Source: an uncultured Acidobacteriota bacterium
GTDB lineage: Bacteria > Acidobacteriota > UBA6911
Length of the DNA: 64,000 nt
Reading direction: 5' to 3'
NCBI GenBank assembly: GCA_963809485.1
Contig: CAWEJX010000007.1
Coordinates: 32,001-96,000 of the forward strand
Position numbers and translations under genes: made by a program. Under the pieces are notes generated by a model. That model did not search any database. It saw only the letters and a list, made by a program, of their open reading frames with translations, and was not told the origin of the DNA. Each line of letters starts with the position of its first letter. The stretch's first letter is position 1. Below are positions 57,498 to 64,000 of the stretch, piece after piece.

Positions 57498-59213
57498 ATG
57501 ATAGAAATGCAAGTGGATGGCAGGATGATTGAAGCCCGGGAAGGCGAGACGATCCTCTCGGCCTTGAAACGGGAAGGAGTTCATGTCCCGACGCTGTGCA
57601 GCATGGAAGGGCTTCTGCCGAGCGGCGCATGCCGGATGTGCATAGTGGAAATGGAGGGGCCGGGCAACTTTGTCCCCGCATGCTCCTTTCCGGTCGCCCC
57701 GGGGATGAAGATTCTGACACGGTCGCCGAAAGTGCTGGACGCCCGCAGGACGATCGTGGAATTGCTTCTCAGCAATCACCCGGATGACTGCCTGTACTGC
57801 TCCCGGAGCGGGAAATGCGACCTGCAGAAGCTCTCCCAGGACATGGGCATCCGCGAGCGTCTGTACCGCGGCAAGCGGAATGAAAGGGAGAAGGACGTAT
57901 CCGGACCCATTATCCGGGATCCCGATAAATGCATCCTGTGCGGCCGCTGCGTACGCATTTGCGAAGAAGTCCAGGCCGTCGGCGCCATCGATTTTGTCGG
58001 CCGCGGCTCCAAGGCGTACATCGGCACCGCATTCGACCAGGGATTGAATATATCGACGTGCATCAACTGCGGGCAGTGCATCGTAGCTTGCCCGACAGGC
58101 GCCCTCAGCGAGCGCTCGTACCTGGAGCCCGTTATTGCGGCTCTTGCGGATCCCGAAAAGCTGGTCGTTGTCCAGCACGCGCCCTCCGTCTCCGTCTCTC
58201 TGGCGGAGGAATTCGGAATGGAGCCCGGCCAGGATGTCGACGGAAAAATGGTAGCCGCCCTCAGGCGGGTGGGATTCCACCGGGTTTTCGACACGTCTTT
58301 CGCCGCGGATCTGACCATCATGGAGGAAGCTTCCGAGCTGGCTCAACGGATTCAGCAGGGAGGCAGGCTGCCGATGTTTACCAGCTGTTCCCCGGGCTGG
58401 ATCAAGTTCGTAGAGCAGTTTTATCCCGAATTCATCCCCAACCTCTCAACCTGCAAAAGCCCTCAGCAAATGCTGGGAGCCGTCATAAAGAGCTATTTCG
58501 CCAGCCGCGAGTCGATCGACCCGTCCCGCATCATCAGCGTTTCCATCATGCCCTGCACTGCCAAAAAGTTTGAGAGCGGCAGGCCTGAAATGGCGCCGGA
58601 GCATATCCCGGATGTGGATTATGTGCTCACGACCCGCGAATTGGGACAGCTGCTGCGCATGTGCGGCGTTGATCTGCCGGCGGTTGAGCCGCAGACCGCC
58701 GACACGCCTTTCGGCGAGCGTTCCACCGCCGGCAAAATCTTCGGTGCCAGCGGCGGAGTTATGGAAGCCGCCATCCGCACGGCACATTTTCTCCTGACAG
58801 GCCAGGAGCTGGCCAAACTCGAAATGCAACCGATTCGGGGCCTGAAAGGAGCCAAGGAAATCCGCGTAAAAATCGGTGACCTGGAAGTCGGAGCCGCCGT
58901 CGCCAGCGGTCTGGGCAACGCCCGCAAACTGCTGGATCAGATCCGGGCGGGCCGGAAAGACCTGCACTTTGTCGAAATAATGACCTGTCCCGGCGGATGC
59001 ATCAACGGAGGAGGCCAGCCGATCGGCGCCGATCCCAATGCGGTCCGCGCCCGAATGCAGGCGCTGTACAAAATCGACCAGACCGAAAAAGTCAGGGTCA
59101 GCCACAGGAATCCCTATATTACCCGGCTTTACGAGGAGTTCCTGGGCAAGCCGCTGGGCGAGAAGAGCCATCACCTTCTTCATACTCACTACACCTCCAG
59201 GGAAGTCCTATAA
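57498..59213 (+). CDS. hydA: [FeFe]-hydrogenase catalytic subunit, group A multimeric type
   Basis: [2Fe-2S], HxxxCxxC, 2x[4Fe-4S]; H-cluster motifs TSCSPGW, MPCTAKKFE, EIMTCPGGCINGGGQP; LLHTHY tail. Confidence 0.96.
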   Translation: MIEMQVDGRMIEAREGETILSALKREGVHVPTLCSMEGLLPSGACRMCIVEMEGPGNFVPACSFPVAPGMKILTRSPKVLDARRTIVELLLSNHPDDCLYCSRSGKCDLQKLSQDMGIRERLYRGKRNEREKDVSGPIIRDPDKCILCGRCVRICEEVQAVGAIDFVGRGSKAYIGTAFDQGLNISTCINCGQCIVACPTGALSERSYLEPVIAALADPEKLVVVQHAPSVSVSLAEEFGMEPGQDVDGKMVAALRRVGFHRVFDTSFAADLTIMEEASELAQRIQQGGRLPMFTSCSPGWIKFVEQFYPEFIPNLSTCKSPQQMLGAVIKSYFASRESIDPSRIISVSIMPCTAKKFESGRPEMAPEHIPDVDYVLTTRELGQLLRMCGVDLPAVEPQTADTPFGERSTAGKIFGASGGVMEAAIRTAHFLLTGQELAKLEMQPIRGLKGAKEIRVKIGDLEVGAAVASGLGNARKLLDQIRAGRKDLHFVEIMTCPGGCINGGGQPIGADPNAVRARMQALYKIDQTEKVRVSHRNPYITRLYEEFLGKPLGEKSHHLLHTHYTSREVL

Positions 59214-59284
59214 TGGATGCGGGCGGCTTCCGGGAGCCGCTTGTATCACCCCGGGGAGTGAAACAGGCAAGGGAGATTACGAGA

Positions 59285-59701
59285 GTGAAAAAGAAAATAC
59301 TGGCAGTGGACGACGATGTGGATCTTCTCGAACAGATGACGGCCGTGCTGGCTGCAGAGGGCTACGACGTGACCACGGCCGAAGGGCAGTCGGCCGGCGA
59401 GGAAGCCTTGCTCCGGATGAAGCCTGATCTTGCCATCCTGGATCTTATGATGGAAGAGAAGGATTCCGGCTTTGTGCTCAGCTACCAGATCAAAAAGCTT
59501 TACCCGGCTACTCCGGTAATTTTGCTGACTGCCGTCGCCGGGGCGACGGGATTAAGCTTCAGCACTCAGCATCCGGAAGAGCAGTCCTGGATCAAGGTGG
59601 ATAAAATTCTGGACAAACCCGTTCGGCCGGAGCAGCTCAAGTCCGAGGTTCGCCGCCTTCTCGGAGAAGCGCCGGAAGGCAAAGCGGGCGGTCACTCTTA
59701 A
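59285..59701 (+). CDS. Single-domain response regulator
   Basis: GTG start; LAVDDD, LDLMME..SGF, LLTAV, WIKVDKILDKP. Confidence 0.9.
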   Translation: MKKKILAVDDDVDLLEQMTAVLAAEGYDVTTAEGQSAGEEALLRMKPDLAILDLMMEEKDSGFVLSYQIKKLYPATPVILLTAVAGATGLSFSTQHPEEQSWIKVDKILDKPVRPEQLKSEVRRLLGEAPEGKAGGHS

Positions 59702-59719
59702 GCGCTATATAGGACAACC

Positions 59720-61717
59720 ATGCAAGGTGCATGCTTCGTACAGACAATAAAAGAACGGTGCCGCGTCTGTTATACCTGCGTTCGGGAATGCCCGGCCAAA
59801 GCTATTGGAATTTCCGACGGCCAGGCCCGAGTCATCCCGGAACGCTGCATAGGCTGCGGCAACTGCGCGCGCGTCTGCAGCCAGGGCGCCAAAAAAGTCC
59901 TGGACGGCACCTGCGAGGTTACGCGCCTACTCCAGGAATCCGCAAAAGTGGCCGCCATCATCGCGCCGAGCTTTGCGGCCGAGTTTGAAGAGTGCGGGTA
60001 CGAAAAGGTCGTCGGGATGCTGCGCGCCTTGGGATTTGCCTACGTCCACGAAGTCGGTTTCGGCGCCGACCTGGTCGCCCGGCGCTACCGAGAGCTTCTG
60101 GAAAAAGACACCGAAGCCAATTACATTGCCACAACCTGCCCGGCCTTGGTCGGGTACGTGGAGCGCTATTATCCGGATCTGGTACCCCGGCTGTCACCGA
60201 TTGTATCCCCCATGGTTGCCATGGCGCGTGTCCTGAGGCGTCTCTACGGACCGGACATTCCGGTCGTTTTCATTGGTCCGTGCATCGCGAAAAAGGGAGA
60301 GGCCGCCAGCGAGGCGCTGGAAGGCGAGGTCGCAGCCGTGCTTACCTTCGCCGAACTCCGGCAGATGCTGTCGCAAGCCTCCATTGAACACGAAAAAGCC
60401 GAACCCGGGGACTTTGATCCCCCGTGGAGCGGCCCCGGCGGGCTGTTCCCGATCAGCCGCGGACTGCTCCAGGCTGCCGGCATCAAGGAGGACCTGATGG
60501 ACGGCCAGGTGATGGCAACCGATGGCCGCACCAACTTTGTCGAAGCGATCCAGGCCGTCGCTTCAAACAGCCTGGATGTGCGCCTGCTGGAGGTCCTGTG
60601 CTGCAACGGCTGCGTCATGGGTGCCGGCATGACCACCAGCTCAAATCTCTTTCAGCGCCGCAGCCTGGTGGGCCGCTATGTCCAGCAGCACTGGTCGGAA
60701 TTTCGTAAAGAACAATGGGAACACGACATGGCCAGGTATTCCGACGTGGACCTCGAGCGGAACTTCCGCGCCTACGACCAGCGCGTTGCCCAGCCTTCCC
60801 GCGCCGAAATCACCGCCATTCTTGCCCGGATGGGCAAATTGAAGCCGGAGGACGAACTGAACTGCGGCGCCTGCGGCTACGATTCCTGCGTACAGCACGC
60901 CATCGCAATCCATCGTCACCTGGCAGAGACGGAAATGTGCCTGCCCTACACAATCGAAAAGCTGCGCGACACCGTCAAAGAACTTGCGGTCTCGCACGAG
61001 CAGCTCGTCAGCACCCAGGAGGCCCTCATGCATTCGGAGCGGCTCGCGAGCATGGGGCAATTGGCCGCAGGCGTAGCCCACGAGGTCAACAATCCCCTCG
61101 GCATCGTCCTGATGCATTCCTACATGCTGCTCGAGCAGGCAAATAAATTCCCGGAATGGAAAGAGGACCTCGACATGATCGTCGAGCAGGCCGACCGGTG
61201 CAAAAAGATCGTCATGCGCCTTCTGCATTTCGCCCGGCAAAACAAGGCCGTCTTCCGGAATGTGGACCTCTACAAACTGGTTCAGCACACGGTCAAGACC
61301 TACCCGTTCCCCTCCAGGGTTTCGGCGCGCGTGGAGACGACCTCCGGCGATCCGCATGTCGACCTGGACCCGGACCAGATCAACCAGGTTTTCACGAACC
61401 TCTTCAGCAACGCCTGCGATGCGATGCCGGACGGCGGCGAGCTCATAGTTGCCGTCGGAGGCAACACGGACCAGGTTTGGTTTTCAGTCAAAGATACGGG
61501 TACGGGTATTTCCAAGGAAAGCCTTGGAAAGATCTTTGAACCATTCTTCACCACAAAACAGATAGGCAAAGGGACCGGCCTTGGACTTGCGGTCAGCTAC
61601 GGCATTGTCAAGATGCACCGCGGCCAGATTTCCGCCGTGTCCAACAAAGATCCAGCTGCAGGGCCGACAGGAACCACTTTCACGGTCAAGCTTCCCCGGA
61701 AAGCTCCTGACGAATAG
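59720..61717 (+). CDS. Putative sensory (group C) [FeFe]-hydrogenase fused to histidine kinase
   Basis: 2x[4Fe-4S]; divergent H-cluster motifs [26 protein letters not shown]; Fe[12 protein letters not shown]; H-box [10 protein letters not shown]; HATPase G-boxes. Confidence 0.9.
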   Translation: MQGACFVQTIKERCRVCYTCVRECPAKAIGISDGQARVIPERCIGCGNCARVCSQGAKKVLDGTCEVTRLLQESAKVAAIIAPSFAAEFEECGYEKVVGMLRALGFAYVHEVGFGADLVARRYRELLEKDTEANYIATTCPALVGYVERYYPDLVPRLSPIVSPMVAMARVLRRLYGPDIPVVFIGPCIAKKGEAASEALEGEVAAVLTFAELRQMLSQASIEHEKAEPGDFDPPWSGPGGLFPISRGLLQAAGIKEDLMDGQVMATDGRTNFVEAIQAVASNSLDVRLLEVLCCNGCVMGAGMTTSSNLFQRRSLVGRYVQQHWSEFRKEQWEHDMARYSDVDLERNFRAYDQRVAQPSRAEITAILARMGKLKPEDELNCGACGYDSCVQHAIAIHRHLAETEMCLPYTIEKLRDTVKELAVSHEQLVSTQEALMHSERLASMGQLAAGVAHEVNNPLGIVLMHSYMLLEQANKFPEWKEDLDMIVEQADRCKKIVMRLLHFARQNKAVFRNVDLYKLVQHTVKTYPFPSRVSARVETTSGDPHVDLDPDQINQVFTNLFSNACDAMPDGGELIVAVGGNTDQVWFSVKDTGTGISKESLGKIFEPFFTTKQIGKGTGLGLAVSYGIVKMHRGQISAVSNKDPAAGPTGTTFTVKLPRKAPDE

Positions 61718-61750
61718 AACGGACATACATAAATGACAGAGGAGAGCGTT

Positions 61751-62134
61751 ATGGCAAAAATACTGCTTGTAGACGACGACCAGGATCTGATCGAAATGAA
61801 TAAGACCATACTGGCGCAGCGCGGCCACGTGGTGACCGTGGCATACTCTGCTGCGGAAGCCCTCAAAACCATCCAGACCGTCGCGCCTGACCTGGCGGTG
61901 CTGGACGTGATGATGGAAGACAAAACAGCCGGGTTCGACCTCGCCCGGAAGCTGCATGCGCAATTCCCCAAGATGCCGATGATCATGCTGACCGGGATTC
62001 GCAAGGAGATGGATCTCGGTTTCGGTTTCGAACCCGACGAGACCTGGCTGCCGGTCAGCAAGTTCATGGAAAAGCCGGTGAATCCGCGGATTCTCGCGGA
62101 GGAAGCAGAGAAGCTTTTGGCCGCAAACAGATAA
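61751..62134 (+). CDS. Single-domain response regulator
   Basis: LLVDDD, LDVMME..AGF, IMLTG, WLPVSKFMEKP. Confidence 0.92.
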   Translation: MAKILLVDDDQDLIEMNKTILAQRGHVVTVAYSAAEALKTIQTVAPDLAVLDVMMEDKTAGFDLARKLHAQFPKMPMIMLTGIRKEMDLGFGFEPDETWLPVSKFMEKPVNPRILAEEAEKLLAANR

Positions 62135-62339
62135 CCCAGTGGCTGTCGCCCCCTGAAACCCCTTCGCGCGCAGCGCTTGATGGAATTCGAAACCATCACA
62201 CCGCGCCCGGGGATTTGGAAACCGGGATTCATGTCTGCACCTCGGTTCGAAGCTGGAAACTCTGAACTGGGAACCGAATTTCTTAAACTATTCAGATATG
62301 AGATTTTATTAGTAAGCATATAAAGAGCGGAAGGTCGAC

Positions 62340-63485
62340 GTGGAAACACTAAACGTCATCGTGGTGGATGACGAATACGGCATGCGGCGGGGCGCCGAGC
62401 GGGTATTGAAGGACCTCACTCTCACACTGCCCGATATCAACGGCGAGGTCAAATTCGCTGTCCGCACGGCTGCGAGCGGAAAGGAACTGGAGGAGAAGCT
62501 GGCGTCGGCTCCTGCGGACATACTCCTCCTGGATCATATCCTGCCCGATACTACGGGGCTGGATATTCTCGACCGTCTCGGGCACGAGTCGCTGGATCTA
62601 TTGACCATCATGATCACGGCCTACGCTTCGCTGGAAACCGCCGTGACTGCCACCCGCCGCGGCGCCTATGATTTCCTGGCCAAGCCGTTCACGCCCGAAG
62701 AACTGCGCGGCGCCGTACGCAAGGCCGCCCGCCACCTTATTCTGCAGCGCCAGGCCCGCCGGCTTGCCGAAGAGAAGCGGCAGGTCCGGTTCCAATTCAT
62801 ATCCGTGCTCGCCCACGAGATGAAAGCCCCCATCGCGGCAATTGAAGGGTACCTTCAAATGATCCGCGAGCGCGCGATGGGCGACAGCCTGGTCGCCTAC
62901 GACCGAATGGTGGACCGGTCCCTGATCCGTATCGACGGCATGCGCAAGCTGATCGGGGATCTTCTGGACCTGACCGCCATCGAGTCCGGCCAGAGGCAGC
63001 GCACCCTCGTGACGCTGAACCTCGCCGAGGCCGCCCGCCAGGCGGTCGAAAACATGAAACCGGAGGCCGCCCGCCGCGACATACAGGTTGATATGAGCGT
63101 TCCGGATGGTCTGAACCTTGAGGCGGACAAGACGGAGATCGATATGATCTTCAATAATCTTGTTTCCAACGCCATCAAATATAACCGGGATCACGGGCGC
63201 GTTAAGGTAACCATAAGCCAGTCCGGGGATGAAATCCGCGTTCAGGTCAAGGACACAGGAATCGGCATGACCCCGGAGGAATGCAAGCGCCTGTTCAAGG
63301 ATTTCTCACGTATCAAAAACGATAAGACGCGCAACATCCTCGGCAGCGGCCTGGGCCTGTCCACCCTCAAGAAACTGGTCACGCTGTATAGCGGGGATAT
63401 TTCCGTCGAAAGCAAGCCCGATGTCGGCAGCACCTTCACGGTCCTGCTCCACAAAATCCAAAGGCCGGGAAATGAACAGGGATGA
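62340..63485 (+). CDS. Hybrid receiver-histidine kinase
   Basis: VVDDE, LLDHILPD, KPFTP; LAHEMKAP, NLVSNAIKYN, DTGIG, GSGLGL. Confidence 0.92.
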   Translation: METLNVIVVDDEYGMRRGAERVLKDLTLTLPDINGEVKFAVRTAASGKELEEKLASAPADILLLDHILPDTTGLDILDRLGHESLDLLTIMITAYASLETAVTATRRGAYDFLAKPFTPEELRGAVRKAARHLILQRQARRLAEEKRQVRFQFISVLAHEMKAPIAAIEGYLQMIRERAMGDSLVAYDRMVDRSLIRIDGMRKLIGDLLDLTAIESGQRQRTLVTLNLAEAARQAVENMKPEAARRDIQVDMSVPDGLNLEADKTEIDMIFNNLVSNAIKYNRDHGRVKVTISQSGDEIRVQVKDTGIGMTPEECKRLFKDFSRIKNDKTRNILGSGLGLSTLKKLVTLYSGDISVESKPDVGSTFTVLLHKIQRPGNEQG

Positions 63486-64000
63486 AATCCTCGCATGGCT
63501 GCTCGAAGAGAATCCGGACCGCCTGGAGACGCTCTGGAGCCTTGCCGACGGCGTTCGCCGTGACCATGTCGGGGATTCCGTTCACATCCGCGGCCTGATT
63601 GAGTTCTCAAACTATTGCAGGAGCAACTGCCATTACTGCGGGATGCGCAGCGGGCGCAGATCCCTCGCCCGGTACCGGATGACGCAGGATGAAATCCTTG
63701 ATTCAGCCCGGGAGGCCATGGCGCGGGGATACGGCACCGTCGTAATGCAATCGGGCGAAGATCTCCATCTTGAGGTCGAGTGGCTGGCAGGCGTTATCAA
63801 AAAGATCAAGCGGGAGACCCCGCTGGCCGTCACCCTGAGCCTGGGAGAGCGGGCACTGGAGGAACTTGCGCGATTGCGGGAATCCGGCGCGGATCGCTAT
63901 TACCTTCGTTTTGAAACTTCGGACAGGCTCCTGTGGAAAAGGATTCATACTTCAGACACCAGAGGTGTGCTCCATCGCCTGGATTTGCTTCCCCGTATAA
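63472..64000 (+). CDS. hydE: [FeFe]-hydrogenase maturase HydE (radical SAM), runs off window
   Basis: Manual translation MNRDEILAWL...RGLIEFSNYCRSNCHYCGMR...TVVMQSGED...TLSLGE...GADRYYLRFETSD; open to the window edge. Confidence 0.88.
   Translation, partial: MNRDEILAWLLEENPDRLETLWSLADGVRRDHVGDSVHIRGLIEFSNYCRSNCHYCGMRSGRRSLARYRMTQDEILDSAREAMARGYGTVVMQSGEDLHLEVEWLAGVIKKIKRETPLAVTLSLGERALEELARLRESGADRYYLRFETSDRLLWKRIHTSDTRGVLHRLDLLPRI

Noticed and set aside
1-64000. tRNA, rRNA or known riboswitches
   Set aside because: None recognised by eye; a tRNAscan-SE/Rfam run would be needed to exclude them

Overview
GC-rich bacterial window, probably from an anaerobic Acidobacteriota member. That call is inferred from the carboxypeptidase-regulatory-domain TonB receptor, the DUF4398-type OmpA and the HAMP-SpoIIE phosphatase. 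There are two large metabolic loci. (1) A ~18 kb tetrahydromethanopterin/methanofuran (H4MPT/MFR) C1-transfer cluster at 21791-39512 (dmrB-like, orf20, DUF447, mptG, mtd, orfY, fhcA, ftr, fhcC, mch, orf5, citG-like, fae, hisA-like, mfnD/F/E/B). It has no fhcB/fwdB subunit, and its hisA-like gene is inverted and shares a CATG start with mfnD. (2) A Rex-headed [FeFe]-hydrogenase locus at 52118->64000: hydC, a hydB fused to a GltD/NfnB-like NADP-type module, hydA, a sensory [FeFe]-hydrogenase-histidine kinase fusion, three paralogous single-domain receivers, a hybrid kinase and hydE. Scattered through the window are about nine copies or fragments of a highly structured, transposase-less element with IS200/IS605-like ends. 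One copy is interrupted by a DUF4338(DruA)-fused IS4 element with a 9-bp target duplication. Also present are a membrane-anchored Ser/Thr pseudokinase, an NTT-HEAT/cNMP/receiver unit and deletion remnants (multiheme-cytochrome-like, MtrB/PioB porin, aqpZ). Three single-base insertions (rarD, mfnF, hydB) may be sequencing errors. All family assignments come from motif recognition by eye, not from database searches.
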